Positions 9,986-20,713 of a DNA stretch of 64,000 nt are shown here, piece by piece. Below the pieces are notes generated by a model, which worked only from the letters and a program-made list of their open reading frames with translations, was not told the origin of the DNA and did no database searches. A program made the position numbers and the translations under genes. The DNA is from a virus (lineage: Duplodnaviria > Heunggongvirae > Uroviricota > Caudoviricetes): IMG/VR virus record IMGVR_UViG_3300006155_000234, one strand, 5' to 3'. How positions within the stretch are numbered: position 1 is the stretch's first letter; each line of letters begins with the position of its first letter.

Positions 9986-10079
9986 GATGTTATAATATTA
10001 AGAGGTGATAATAATGTTAAAAAGAATGAGTGTTTTCTAGGCAGGTTATTGAAACCCTGCCAGAAAGCAGGTGACAGAT

Positions 10080-10382
10080 ATGTCTAGGAGTTATAGGAAA
10101 TTTCCTGGAAGAAAGTTCAACTCTCCAGGAATGAAAAACATTGCAAATAGGAAAGTAAGACGATATAAAGGTGAAATTGCAAATGGAAAAGGCTACAAGA
10201 AATTATTTGATAGTTGGGATATATGTGATTTTAGCTGGTATCAACCAAGAGAAGATGCTATAGCAAGTTGGTATAAAGACCAAGCAGAAATAGCTAATGG
10301 TGTAAATAGTTGGAAGGTAAAATATCAAAATACTTTAGACGAAGAGTTAGCGATGTGGAAAAAAGATTATTATTGCAAATAA
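10080..10382 (+). CDS. small basic hypothetical protein
   Basis: ORF, RBS AGGTGA; K/R rich. Confidence 0.45.
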   Translation: MSRSYRKFPGRKFNSPGMKNIANRKVRRYKGEIANGKGYKKLFDSWDICDFSWYQPREDAIASWYKDQAEIANGVNSWKVKYQNTLDEELAMWKKDYYCK

Positions 10383-10414
10383 AGAAGGGTAACTAATACC
10401 CTTCTTTAATTTTG
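10382..10414 (+). terminator. rho-independent terminator
   Basis: 10-bp stem aagaagggta/tacccttctt followed by T-rich run. Confidence 0.65.
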
Positions 10415-10429
10415 GTAAAATATTAATAG
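10415..10429 (+). promoter_or_regulatory. late-promoter-like motif GTAAAATATTAATAG (L4, 1 mismatch)
   Basis: Motif immediately before the RBS of the terminase gene. Confidence 0.45.
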
Positions 10430-10444
10430 GGAGGTAGGTATTTT

Positions 10445-12559
10445 ATGTTAGAAGAACAATTTTCATCATTAACACCAGATGAATTAGAAGCAGTTAAATC
10501 AATACTAAATGATATATCAGAAACAGGTACATCTGAAATGTATGATGCAATAAATTTAGCAGATTATGAAGAAATACCTGTTGACTTATGGACATTTTTA
10601 TCAAGAGATGACTTATTAGGACCTTATACAAATGGTGGTAAGGATATATATGAAACATGGTTAAAAGAATTAAAATATGTACATAATCCAGCAAATTTTA
10701 TAGACCAATGGGCTATAACAGGAAGTACAGGAACAGGTAAATCAACAGTTGCTACATATTCATTATGTTATGAGTTATATAAATTAATGTGTTTAAAAAA
10801 TCCTAATAGATTTTATTTAGGTGCAAATGAAACTATTTGGTTCTTATTTTTTAACCTTAATTTAAAACTTGCAGAAAAAACAATGTGGGGTAAATTTCAA
10901 AAAGCATTACAGATGTCTCCGTGGTTTAGAGAAAGAGGAACTATATCAGGAAAAACAAATTTAGTATATCAGCCAAATAAGGATATAAAATTAGATATTG
11001 GTTCAACAGAGGAACATGCTTTATCTGTTGCAGTTATGTTCGCAGCCATGGATGAGATGTCATTTGGAAGTAATGATAATGTTGAATATCTACAAACAGG
11101 AATGATGGCAATATATAATCAGTTATATCTTCGTTTATCATCTCGTTTCTTATCTGCTGGACGTATTCAAGGTAGAATGTATCTAATATCCTCAGCAAAG
11201 TCTACAAATGCAGTTTTAGAATCATTTATTAAAGATAATGAAGGGCAACCAGGAATGCATGTAAGTAGATACAAGCAATGGGAAGTATTACCTGCATCTA
11301 AATTCTCTGGTGAGTGGTTTAAGTTAGCAGTTGGTAATGATACATTAGAAAGCTATATAATGTCTTTAGATGTTACAAGTGAACAGATAAAAGAGGCAGA
11401 AAAACAAGGTTATGAAGTAATAGATATACCTTTAGAGATGTTACATAGATTTGAAATGGATTTGAACAGAACATTAATAGATACTTGTGGTATTGCAGTA
11501 CAAAGTAGCTACAAATATATAACACATAGAATAATAGAACCTTGTTTAGGAGATGGAATAAATCCATTCAAACAAGAAATAGTCAAAACAGGTTTAAAGG
11601 ATAATATTAAAATAAAAGATTTCTTTATGCCAGAAGTAGTACCTGAATTATTATATACTAAGAAAATATATGTGCATTGTGACTTATCAAAATCTGGGGA
11701 TATGACAGGTATAAGTGCAGTTGCAGTATTAGGATATAAAAATCAAGAAAGATTTAGCGATGAAGGTGCTGTTAATACTATGAAAGAGATGGTATTCAGG
11801 CATGTATTTAGTGTAGGATTAAAATGCCCTCCTAATGACGAGCTTTCAATGATTAAAGTAAAAGATTTCATACATTATTTAAAATATGATTTAGGTTGGA
11901 ATATTGCTGGGGTATCATGTGATGGTTACCAATCATTAATGTTATTACAGAGTTTAAAATTAGATGGATTTGAAGTAAAAGAAGTATCTATGGATATTGT
12001 AGATACAAAGAAAAAAGAATGTGTTGGATATACATCGTTTAGAAATACATTAATCGAAAAAAGACTATATTTGCTAGATTTGTATGAATTACAAAGAGAA
12101 TTAACATCATTAGAGAAGAACGAAAGTACTGGTAAAGTAGACCATCCTAAGCAATCTGTTAAAATGGTAAATGGTGAGATGATAAAATCAGTGGGTAAGG
12201 ATATTGCAGATAGTTTAGGTGGAGCTGTATATAATGCTGTACTATCTGTAAATTTAGATGAATTAGATTATCTAGACCAGAAAATATTAACTAAAGATGG
12301 AACAGGAAATACATTTATAAGAGATTTATCAAATGTAAATGCAATAAATAAAAGATTTGGGTTTACAGTAGATACAAGAGGTGTAGTACATTTAGCAGAT
12401 ACATCTCAAGGAAATAATAAAGATAAAGACGAAGATATAAATACTATGATAAGTGAAGAGATGCAAAAGTTAAAAACAGAAGTAGTAAATCAACCAGTTA
12501 AAAAAGAACCAGATATAAATGAGATATGGGGAAATAGAGATGGTATGATTATTATATAA
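10445..12559 (+). CDS. terL: terminase large subunit
   Basis: Walker A ITGSTGTGKSTVA, Walker B AAMDEMSF, and a C-terminal RNaseH-like nuclease region (VHCDLSKSGDMTGISAV...SCDGYQ). Confidence 0.75.
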   Translation: MLEEQFSSLTPDELEAVKSILNDISETGTSEMYDAINLADYEEIPVDLWTFLSRDDLLGPYTNGGKDIYETWLKELKYVHNPANFIDQWAITGSTGTGKSTVATYSLCYELYKLMCLKNPNRFYLGANETIWFLFFNLNLKLAEKTMWGKFQKALQMSPWFRERGTISGKTNLVYQPNKDIKLDIGSTEEHALSVAVMFAAMDEMSFGSNDNVEYLQTGMMAIYNQLYLRLSSRFLSAGRIQGRMYLISSAKSTNAVLESFIKDNEGQPGMHVSRYKQWEVLPASKFSGEWFKLAVGNDTLESYIMSLDVTSEQIKEAEKQGYEVIDIPLEMLHRFEMDLNRTLIDTCGIAVQSSYKYITHRIIEPCLGDGINPFKQEIVKTGLKDNIKIKDFFMPEVVPELLYTKKIYVHCDLSKSGDMTGISAVAVLGYKNQERFSDEGAVNTMKEMVFRHVFSVGLKCPPNDELSMIKVKDFIHYLKYDLGWNIAGVSCDGYQSLMLLQSLKLDGFEVKEVSMDIVDTKKKECVGYTSFRNTLIEKRLYLLDLYELQRELTSLEKNESTGKVDHPKQSVKMVNGEMIKSVGKDIADSLGGAVYNAVLSVNLDELDYLDQKILTKDGTGNTFIRDLSNVNAINKRFGFTVDTRGVVHLADTSQGNNKDKDEDINTMISEEMQKLKTEVVNQPVKKEPDINEIWGNRDGMIII

Positions 12560-12597
12560 TAAAGTGCAAATATTACACTTTAAATTGCACTTAAAAC

Positions 12598-12627
12598 AGG
12601 GTGTATATAATACACCCTATTATTATT
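12598..12627 (+). terminator. rho-independent terminator
   Basis: 8-bp stem agggtgta/tacaccct followed by attattatt. Confidence 0.55.
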
Positions 12628-12629
12628 CG

Positions 12630-12644
12630 GTAAAATATTAATGA
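12630..12644 (+). promoter_or_regulatory. late-promoter-like motif GTAAAATATTAATGA (L5)
   Basis: Exact motif. Confidence 0.45.
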
Positions 12645-12662
12645 TGGAGGTGTTAATAAGAT

Positions 12663-13268
12663 ATGGGAATGCTTATTAGAAATGAAGCACTATTACAAAG
12701 AAGATACTTTAAGGAAATGTGTAAGTTAGTTGGTATAAGTTGTGCTTATCAATGGGTTACAGATAAAGAATATACAATACATTCCGAAAAGAATTTCAAA
12801 TATTCTCAACCTATTAGAATGAATATAATACTAAATGAAAATCCTACAATAGAAACATTAAATACTTATGGATGGTTATCTGAATTAGGAGATACATTGC
12901 CAATAATTGCACATATACCATTTGACACTCCAAATTTAATGGTTGGGTGCAGAATAATGTTAGCAACTATTAAAGGTACAGACAGACCTAGACTTTTTGA
13001 TATAACTAGAATAGGAAGTAATTTAGAATATCCTGATAGTTATACAGTAGCCTTAGCACCAGTACTAGACCAATTCCCACAAAGAAATCAATATACATTA
13101 GTAAATAATGAAAAGGTTAGTCAAGAAAAAAGTGAGGTTACATCTAAAGAACAAAATTCACTATATACAACTAATACAGAAGTAATAGATACAACACCAG
13201 AGAAGTTTAAAGAATGGGAAAATAATTATACATTTATTAATGATGAGGACAGTCCATTTAGCGGATAG
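12663..13268 (+). CDS. hypothetical protein
   Basis: ORF, RBS GGAGG. Confidence 0.5.
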   Translation: MGMLIRNEALLQRRYFKEMCKLVGISCAYQWVTDKEYTIHSEKNFKYSQPIRMNIILNENPTIETLNTYGWLSELGDTLPIIAHIPFDTPNLMVGCRIMLATIKGTDRPRLFDITRIGSNLEYPDSYTVALAPVLDQFPQRNQYTLVNNEKVSQEKSEVTSKEQNSLYTTNTEVIDTTPEKFKEWENNYTFINDEDSPFSG

Positions 13269-13278
13269 GAGATGGGAT

Positions 13279-13752
13279 ATGTTAGTAAGAATGCAGTTCG
13301 AAAATTTAACAGATGACGAACGAGATAGAATTAGAGATTTTTTGAATTGGTTGTGTGAGAAAATATTTATTTATATGAATAGAGATGCAAACAAAAGAAG
13401 AATTGATGCTAGATTAAATTATATAAAAAGAGCTAGATGGATAGAATGGATAAGTTCAAAAGATATTACAACAGATATGATTATGGCTAGTATAAAAAAG
13501 TGTTTTAAAATAAGAAAAAGAAAAGAAACATGGGAGATATATTTTGATAATAGGGTTTTAATTCCTAACACAAGAACACCAATAACTAAATTCTTAAAAT
13601 TTATTGATAATGGGGATAATATTGTAAAGGGAACTGGAATGATACAATTTATAAGAAGAAAGTTCAATCATGTTCAATTAAATAAATGGTGGAAGGCTTA
13701 TATAATGTTGAAAACATCTAGTATAACAAAAGGAAAAATAATATCAGATTAA
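13279..13752 (+). CDS. hypothetical basic protein
   Basis: ORF; start moved to the ATG behind GGATAGGAGATGGG. Confidence 0.45.
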   Translation: MLVRMQFENLTDDERDRIRDFLNWLCEKIFIYMNRDANKRRIDARLNYIKRARWIEWISSKDITTDMIMASIKKCFKIRKRKETWEIYFDNRVLIPNTRTPITKFLKFIDNGDNIVKGTGMIQFIRRKFNHVQLNKWWKAYIMLKTSSITKGKIISD

Positions 13753-13768
13753 TGGAGGTAGATAATAA

Positions 13769-14539
13769 ATGTCAGAAGCAAATATAGATAATAAAAATTT
13801 GCAACAACCTAATATAAAAGAGAGTGATGTGTCAGTTTATGCTTATGATATTGCACTTGTAAATGATTTTAGAGCAAGATTTAAACAACCACCTATAACA
13901 GAAAGTGATATAAACAGTAAAGTTATAATGGCTTCCCCTGACCAAGCATTTAATATATTAGGGCAGATGGATAATGATAAAATTGTAATGCCATTTATAA
14001 GTTTACAGAGATTGAGTTGGCAATTAAATCTTGATAGACAAATGAGCCAAACTTTCGTAGGTGATAAAATTCTTATGCAAAATCCTGATAACCCTAAAGA
14101 AAGATTAGAAGTAAGAGCTCAAGTAATTCCAATAACAGTAAATTGGCAATTAGATGTATGGACTAGAGATAGAATAACTAACGATGCATTAGTTAGAGAG
14201 ATATTATGGTATTATCATTTAAGACCAACACTTTTGGTTAAAGTATTACATGGATTAAATATGTATCATACATTTAATATAATGTTTAATAGTGAAATTG
14301 AAGATAATAGTGATATTCATAATATGAATAATAAAGGAAATATAGTAAGGTCAACTCTTACATTCTATTCAGAAGACTGTTACTTATGGAAAGCACACCA
14401 CGAACCTATTGTATCAATAGATGTTAATACTAGTTTCTATTATGATGTTAATAATGATGGTACACAAGGTTTCTATGGAAAATTTGTAAATAAAGATGAT
14501 AGTGTACAACATATAACAGGGCTTGATACAGTATTATAG
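13769..14539 (+). CDS. hypothetical protein
   Basis: ORF, RBS TGGAGG. Confidence 0.5.
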   Translation: MSEANIDNKNLQQPNIKESDVSVYAYDIALVNDFRARFKQPPITESDINSKVIMASPDQAFNILGQMDNDKIVMPFISLQRLSWQLNLDRQMSQTFVGDKILMQNPDNPKERLEVRAQVIPITVNWQLDVWTRDRITNDALVREILWYYHLRPTLLVKVLHGLNMYHTFNIMFNSEIEDNSDIHNMNNKGNIVRSTLTFYSEDCYLWKAHHEPIVSIDVNTSFYYDVNNDGTQGFYGKFVNKDDSVQHITGLDTVL

Positions 14540-14549
14540 GAGGTAGTAT

Positions 14550-15296
14550 ATGAAGGTTTTATTTGTAGGGGATGTACATAATCATCAATATATATTTGAT
14601 GATGTAAGAAGATTAGATAAAGAATATAATTTAGACAGAGTAATCTTTTTAGGAGATTATGTAGATGATTGGAATACAACTAATGTTGAATCTATACAAA
14701 CATTAAATAAGGTTATAGAATTAAAGAAATCTAATCCAGATAAATATACTTTTTGTATTGGAAATCATGAATTGAGTTATTTACAATTTCCTTGTTCAGG
14801 ACATCAGTATGAAAGAGAAGAGGAAGTAAATGGATTATTAGAAAATAATATAAATTTATTTGATTTATATACAGAATTTGAAATAGATGAAAATACTACT
14901 TATGTATGTTCTCACGCAGGATTTACAAATGATTATATATGTCAAGTGTTGGATACTTATGGAGATTGGAAACCAGTTATAGATAAGTTACAAGAAGATA
15001 AATTAAATAATTTAGTATATTATAAATATTGTTCATACATGAGAGGTGGTAATGATTTATGTAGTTCTCCTGTATGGACAGATAAAAGAGAGTTGTTTCA
15101 ATCTGCATTAAGAGAGAAAATGTTAATACCAAATCAAATAGTAGGGCATTCTCCTGTAGAAACAATAACAGAAAGAAAAGAAGAAGGTTTTAGATTATTC
15201 TTTACAGATACACATTCTACATATAGAGGTGGTTCTAAATATGGGGATAAGTCATATTTATTATATGATGGAAGTGATTTTAAAAAAGTATTTTAA
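14550..15296 (+). CDS. calcineurin-like metallophosphoesterase (Ser/Thr phosphatase / ApaH-like)
   Basis: VLFVGDVHNH, FLGDYVDDW and IGNHE motifs. Confidence 0.65.
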   Translation: MKVLFVGDVHNHQYIFDDVRRLDKEYNLDRVIFLGDYVDDWNTTNVESIQTLNKVIELKKSNPDKYTFCIGNHELSYLQFPCSGHQYEREEEVNGLLENNINLFDLYTEFEIDENTTYVCSHAGFTNDYICQVLDTYGDWKPVIDKLQEDKLNNLVYYKYCSYMRGGNDLCSSPVWTDKRELFQSALREKMLIPNQIVGHSPVETITERKEEGFRLFFTDTHSTYRGGSKYGDKSYLLYDGSDFKKVF

Positions 15297-15313
15297 ATTA
15301 GGAGGTAATATAA

Positions 15314-15772
15314 ATGTTTACAATTTTTAACAGAAGTAATAAGGTTATTAATGTATGTGGTGTTTCATTAGCAAAAGGAGAAACATCTGAACCAATAATG
15401 GATTCATATTATGATATGGAAAGACAGAGAGTAAATAAGTTAATTTCATTAGGATTAATATCCAAAACAAATATTGAGGGTATTGATGATAATGAAGTTA
15501 GACAAAGAAAACAAGAAGAATTTCAAAGAAAAATGGAAGAGCAAGAAGCAGAAAATAGAAGAATAATGGAAGAGCAAGAAAGAATGATGAAAGAAATGCA
15601 AAAGGCAGAAGAGGAAGCAAAAGCTCAGGCTCAAGCTCAATCTCAATCCAAGGCAGATGAAGAAGCAAAAAAAGAAGAAAAGAAAACAGTTAAAAAGAAA
15701 ACAGATAGTAAAAAAGATGAAGTAAAAGAAGAGAGTAAGGAAGATGAAGAGGTAAAAACAGAAAATAAATAA
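15314..15772 (+). CDS. hypothetical protein with charged coiled-coil/low-complexity tail
   Basis: ORF, RBS AGGAGG; EEQ/KAEEEAKAQAQAQ repeats. Confidence 0.5.
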   Translation: MFTIFNRSNKVINVCGVSLAKGETSEPIMDSYYDMERQRVNKLISLGLISKTNIEGIDDNEVRQRKQEEFQRKMEEQEAENRRIMEEQERMMKEMQKAEEEAKAQAQAQSQSKADEEAKKEEKKTVKKKTDSKKDEVKEESKEDEEVKTENK

Positions 15773-15792
15773 TATAATTAGGAGGTTATATA

Positions 15793-17748
15793 ATGGGAAA
15801 TATTACATTATATCATAATACCTCTAATCAAAATGCTGTAAAAATAAACACAGAAGGCATTAAAGGTGGAATGAGATTATCTGTTTATGGTAAGGGTAGT
15901 GAGGCTGAAGGTGCTGGTATCTGGTGTAGTACAGTAAGAGGATATGGATATGGTGGTGCAACTATAACATTTGAAATAGATGAAAATGATGAAAATTTAG
16001 TTGAACAAAATGATACAGAATATATCGTATATAGAAATATAAAACCAGAAGAGATTATTGATATTGATTTAATGGTATCTTCTATATCAAGTGTTCAAGG
16101 TCATACAAATACAGTTGAATCTGATATACCAAGTATAATAAATAAGTTTGGAAAAGATAAGTTACTAAATGTGTTTAAGAAAAATGAAGGTAAATTTGTA
16201 TCTCCATATAATTATGATACTCTTATAAATTTAATTGAAACAGAAAATAAATACTGTAAGGGTAAAATACAAATATTAGAAAGTAAAAGAATAACAGAAG
16301 GAATACATCTATATGGATATGTTACAGATGAAGATGGTAATTCTAAAGTTATAGAAGATAGTGATTATCCAGATAAGAAATCATTTGAAAATGATTTAAG
16401 ATGTAATGGATATAAGGTAAGAAAAATAAAAGATAATAGAGATATGTATTTAGTAGATAATTCTGATTTTGTTAGTGTGGATGCTGTGAAAAAAAGAATA
16501 AAAGAGCTACAAAAAGATATAGATAATGGGTTTAGTGCATTAGGGCAGAAAAATGAAATTGCAAAATTAAAAGAATTATTAGATAATGCAAATAAAATAT
16601 CTTTGACAGAAAGTAGAAAGTTGAAAGAGAGTATAGGAAATGAATGGGTACAAGCACAATATGATAATTTAGAAAGATTACAAGATAGACTTAAACAGAC
16701 ATTAAAGATAGATTCTAGGTTAGAGTATGCAAAAACAGGAAAACCAAAATTAGAATTTGAATATGCAGACAGACAGTTTAGAACAATATTTATTAGAAGT
16801 GCTATTAGTAAAAATAGAAATGGAACATTCTATTTATTGTATCCTGATAATAAAAAGTTTGAAAATACAGATAGTTTTGAAAGATATATAGATGAAATTG
16901 GAATAGCATATAGAAATAATAAAAAGAAAGTAGAAAGTAAAAAGTTAGAAGAAGCATCAAGAAATGAATTATTAGCAAAATCAAAAGCAGAAACAATAAC
17001 TAGATATAATAAATCAGCAGGTTATAAAGGTTTTAGTTTAGTTGATATAGATACAACATCAATTAAAACAAGAGATGCAATAGTAATAACTAATAGAGTA
17101 GGAGACTATTTTGATACAATAGAATTAGATGATATTTTATATTGGGTAGGTTTAGAAGTAGATGAGGCAAGAGATAAGAAAATGTCATTAGAAACAGTAA
17201 GAAAAGCTTTACTAGGTGCAATGGATGGTATGAATATAAAAGTTGATTGTAATTGTGGAGATTTTGTGTATAGATTTGCTTATATGGCTTCTGTATTAGA
17301 ATATAAATATGGGAAACCAGAAAACAGACCTTCTAATATAACAAATCCAAATGGTTATGGTGCTATGTGTAAACATCTTATTTCACTACTTTCAAATAAG
17401 TCTTGGGTAAAACAAGTTGCATCAACATTACAACAATGGATAGTAGATGAGATAGACTGGGTTAGAGATTTCTTAAAAGTATCAGAGGAAGATTTCCAAT
17501 TACCAGATGAATATGCAAGACAATTAGGAAAACATGGTGCTATGAAGAAATTCTGGGATAAGACACCTGATGTTGATGAAGCAGATAGTGAAGAAGATAT
17601 AGATGATTCAAACGAGGATGCACCAGAGACAGAAGAAAATAATGAAGAAACAAATGATACACCTGATACGAATAATTTGAATAATCAATCAAATATGCCA
17701 AAAGCATTTAGAGATAATAATTCAAATGAGGAATTAGAAGAGAAATAA
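15793..17748 (+). CDS. large hypothetical protein (CxC..CxH cysteine cluster; acidic tail)
   Basis: ORF, RBS AGGAGG. Portal-size (651 aa) but no motif recognised. Confidence 0.5.
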   Translation: MGNITLYHNTSNQNAVKINTEGIKGGMRLSVYGKGSEAEGAGIWCSTVRGYGYGGATITFEIDENDENLVEQNDTEYIVYRNIKPEEIIDIDLMVSSISSVQGHTNTVESDIPSIINKFGKDKLLNVFKKNEGKFVSPYNYDTLINLIETENKYCKGKIQILESKRITEGIHLYGYVTDEDGNSKVIEDSDYPDKKSFENDLRCNGYKVRKIKDNRDMYLVDNSDFVSVDAVKKRIKELQKDIDNGFSALGQKNEIAKLKELLDNANKISLTESRKLKESIGNEWVQAQYDNLERLQDRLKQTLKIDSRLEYAKTGKPKLEFEYADRQFRTIFIRSAISKNRNGTFYLLYPDNKKFENTDSFERYIDEIGIAYRNNKKKVESKKLEEASRNELLAKSKAETITRYNKSAGYKGFSLVDIDTTSIKTRDAIVITNRVGDYFDTIELDDILYWVGLEVDEARDKKMSLETVRKALLGAMDGMNIKVDCNCGDFVYRFAYMASVLEYKYGKPENRPSNITNPNGYGAMCKHLISLLSNKSWVKQVASTLQQWIVDEIDWVRDFLKVSEEDFQLPDEYARQLGKHGAMKKFWDKTPDVDEADSEEDIDDSNEDAPETEENNEETNDTPDTNNLNNQSNMPKAFRDNNSNEELEEK

Positions 17749-17763
17749 TATAAATAATAAATT

Positions 17764-17793
17764 GATAGCATATAGATTTATGCTATCTTTTTG
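17764..17793 (+). terminator. rho-independent terminator
   Basis: 9-bp stem gatagcata/tatgctatc followed by TTTTT. Confidence 0.65.
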
Positions 17794-17835
17794 GTCTCTA
17801 GGTTTAAACAAATTTAATAAATTTTGAAAAAACCC

Positions 17836-17864
17836 TTGACATATTTTAAAACTTATAGTATAAT
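17836..17864 (+). promoter_or_regulatory. sigma-A-type promoter TTGACA-17-TATAAT (P3) with upstream A/T UP-like box
   Basis: ttttgaaaaaacccTTGACAtattttaaaacttatagTATAAT. Confidence 0.6.
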
Positions 17865-17963
17865 AACAGATGTAAAAGGAAATAATAATTTTAAATGTTG
17901 ACAATTTTTAAAATTATTATCATACAATATAAAAGAATTATTTAAGAAAGGTGGTAAATCAAA

Positions 17964-18290
17964 ATGGATTTATTAAAATTAGAAGACCAAACATTGACAA
18001 ACTTATATGAGGCTTTTAAGGACAATGACGAATTTATAGTAAAAGAGGATGTAAAATATACAAAGGCAGTAGATGAAATACTAAAATTATCTAAAATAAA
18101 TAATATAAAAACTTTATCGGATTTAAGAAATAGTTTTGTATATGCTGTATCAGATTTAATGACAGCATCAAGAGAATTAGCTAATATAGATAAAACATTG
18201 GGAAAAATTTATAATGTATATTCAAATATGATGCAATATGTTACAACAGAAATAGATGAAAGATTATATAGATTAGGAGCTGAGATATAG
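17964..18290 (+). CDS. hypothetical protein
   Basis: ORF, RBS AAAGGTGG. Confidence 0.5.
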   Translation: MDLLKLEDQTLTNLYEAFKDNDEFIVKEDVKYTKAVDEILKLSKINNIKTLSDLRNSFVYAVSDLMTASRELANIDKTLGKIYNVYSNMMQYVTTEIDERLYRLGAEI

Positions 18291-18733
18291 TGAAAGTAGT
18301 ATATAGTGATGGTGGTAGAAGTAAATATTTTAAAGGTAGTGCTGGAGATTGTGTATGTAGAGCAATATGCAATGCAACAGGAAAAGATTACAAAGAGGTG
18401 TATGAAGATTTAGATAAATTTATTAAATATCACATGGAACATAGTAAAAGAAGAAAGCATAAATTTAAAGAAAGTAGTAGTGTTAGAAATGGTGTACCAA
18501 AACCGTTATCAAGAAAATATATAGAAGAAAGATTAAAATGGAAATGGCATCCTTTAATGACAATAGGAAGTGGATGTAAAGTACATCTAAATGAGAATGA
18601 ATTACCAAAAGGAATTTTAATAATTAAAGCTAGTAAACATTTAACTTGTGTAAAAGATGGTGTATTATACGATACATACGATTGCACTAGAGAAGGAACA
18701 AGATGTGTTTATGGGTATTGGAGTAAAGATTAG
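18290..18733 (+). CDS. hypothetical Cys-rich protein
   Basis: ORF overlapping the upstream stop. Confidence 0.5.
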   Translation: MKVVYSDGGRSKYFKGSAGDCVCRAICNATGKDYKEVYEDLDKFIKYHMEHSKRRKHKFKESSSVRNGVPKPLSRKYIEERLKWKWHPLMTIGSGCKVHLNENELPKGILIIKASKHLTCVKDGVLYDTYDCTREGTRCVYGYWSKD

Positions 18734-18930
18734 AGACGATAGATATGAGAAATAATAAACAAGATTTATTAACACAAATAAGAATAATAAGCTTACTTAA
18801 ATATACAGATGAAGATTTGATTAGGTTATTTGGAAAGAACTACAAGCAAATATTGGTATTAAACTATAATAATGTTAAATAAATAAAGAATACTTTAAAT
18901 AGAATATATAAAGATTTATAAAGAAAGGAA

Positions 18931-19401
18931 GTGATTATTATGAATACCTATATACACTATGGGCATAGACATTTTGACGGACAGAATAGTTTTAAAGAAG
19001 TAGAAAATAAATATGGTTGGAATAAACCATTAGGAGGTTTATGGGCTAGTAATATTAATTGTAGATATGGCTGGAAAGAATGGGTAGATGATAATGACTT
19101 CCATTTTGATAAATATACAGATAATAGATGGTTTAAATTTACATTGAAAGACGACGCTAAAGTATTAACTATTACAGATGTATCTCAATTAAAAGATTTA
19201 CCACAACAAGCAGATAAACCTAAATTTGCAGCAGAAGATGATTATTTTCTTGATTTTGAGAAACTTAAAGATGATTATGATGCAATAGAACTTATAATTA
19301 ATGATAATTTATATTTTGCATTATATGGTTGGGACTGTGATTGTATTCTAATATTAAATAAGGATATTGTAGTTGAAACAAAATCTAGTGATAATTCATA
19401 A
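18931..19401 (+). CDS. hypothetical protein
   Basis: ORF, RBS AGGAAG. Confidence 0.5.
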   Translation: MIIMNTYIHYGHRHFDGQNSFKEVENKYGWNKPLGGLWASNINCRYGWKEWVDDNDFHFDKYTDNRWFKFTLKDDAKVLTITDVSQLKDLPQQADKPKFAAEDDYFLDFEKLKDDYDAIELIINDNLYFALYGWDCDCILILNKDIVVETKSSDNS

Positions 19402-19418
19402 GATTTATTAAAAAATGC

Positions 19419-19447
19419 TTGACATATTTTAAAACTTATAGTACAAT
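19419..19447 (+). promoter_or_regulatory. sigma-A-type promoter TTGACA-17-TACAAT (P4)
   Basis: aaaaatgcTTGACAtattttaaaacttatagTACAAT. Confidence 0.55.
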
Positions 19448-19559
19448 AAGAGTATAAGGATGTTTTAACAGAATATAGTGAAATAGATAATTATATAATA
19501 AATGAAATAGTATTAGAGAATACTAGAATGTTAGATAAGTTAAGGGAGGTAGAATAATT

Positions 19560-19961
19560 ATGAAAAAGTTAGAGGTAAATACAATTAAAATGTTTTTGAG
19601 AGAACCAGTAGTTGAGTTTAATAGACCAGATGGAGGCAGAAGTATAAAAACAATATCATTATTAGATGATGAAGAAAAAGATTTAACCAAAGATGTTGTT
19701 ATAACTAGGTTACTTCCTAAATTATATTCAAATACAGACAAAGTAATTAGAAAATCAAATAAGGAAGAAAGTTTTGCAGATAAATTAAATAGGATAATAT
19801 CACAAAGAGAATATATGTCTAGTAAACAAATTGCTGTTAAAGCAGGAATGACTGTTAGATATTTAGATATGTTAAGAAGTGGAGATAGAGATAACCCAAC
19901 TTTAAAAACAATAAAGAAACTTGCAGAAGTACTAGAGTGTGATATTGCAGAATTAGTATAG
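19560..19961 (+). CDS. XRE-family helix-turn-helix DNA-binding protein
   Basis: C-terminal HTH SSKQIAVKAGMTVRYLDMLRSG...LKTIKKLAEVLECDIAELV. Confidence 0.65.
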   Translation: MKKLEVNTIKMFLREPVVEFNRPDGGRSIKTISLLDDEEKDLTKDVVITRLLPKLYSNTDKVIRKSNKEESFADKLNRIISQREYMSSKQIAVKAGMTVRYLDMLRSGDRDNPTLKTIKKLAEVLECDIAELV

Positions 19962-20115
19962 GAGGTATTTATGACATATAAAGATAAATCATTACAAGAA
20001 GCAGATAGAATAGATAAAGAATTTCTAAATAAGGGTGTAGGTAAACTAACTCATATTGATGAAAATTTTGGGTGGTATAAAGAAGATACTAAATGAAATT
20101 TAAAGGAGAACCTAA

Positions 20116-20409
20116 ATGGAAGTAATAAGAACATTTAATAGTACAGAAGAGTATATTAATTTTATAAATCAAAGTAGGATAGATGATGTATATAAAGAAG
20201 CTATAGATACTGCAATAGATAAACAAGTTACAGAAGAGATGATATTAGAAGGAATAACTAAAGTTGCAGATTTAGAAGCAGAAGTATCTATATTAGAAGA
20301 TTTATTTATACAGAATAAAGTTGATAAAAAAGAAGTAACACAGGCAAAAAGAAGATATACAAAAGCAGTAAATGAACTAGAAGGATTATATGGCAGAAAA
20401 GAGGTGTAG
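20116..20409 (+). CDS. hypothetical protein
   Basis: ORF, RBS AAAGGAG. Confidence 0.5.
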   Translation: MEVIRTFNSTEEYINFINQSRIDDVYKEAIDTAIDKQVTEEMILEGITKVADLEAEVSILEDLFIQNKVDKKEVTQAKRRYTKAVNELEGLYGRKEV

Positions 20410-20412
20410 ACA

Positions 20413-20652
20413 TTGAGATTAGAAACAATAACTGGAATATTATTTTATATAGTAGTTGGAATTATTGTATATAAAATTTTACAATTTATGTTAGTAAGTG
20501 AATTAGATATAGATAATAATGAAGATAGAGAATTGATAGGAGATAAGAAAACAATATTTATATGTACTTTTCTTGCTTCTGCAATTTGGATTTTATATAT
20601 ACCATACATATTTATAAGCACTTTTAAGGATGTAATAAAAGAAAACAGGTAA
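20413..20652 (+). CDS. small membrane protein
   Basis: Two hydrophobic segments. Confidence 0.45.
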   Translation: MRLETITGILFYIVVGIIVYKILQFMLVSELDIDNNEDRELIGDKKTIFICTFLASAIWILYIPYIFISTFKDVIKENR

Positions 20653-20713
20653 TGAAGATATATTGGTTATTCTATAAAATTCCCTAGAAATCAATTCTTG
20701 TAAGGAGGTTTTT

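Noticed and set aside
15793-17748. SWIM-type zinc finger (CNCGDF...CKH) or portal-protein call for the 651-aa ORF.
   Set aside because: The Cys/His spacing (38 residues between the second and third ligand) is outside the usual SWIM range, and no portal signature could be recognised by eye, so it is left as hypothetical.
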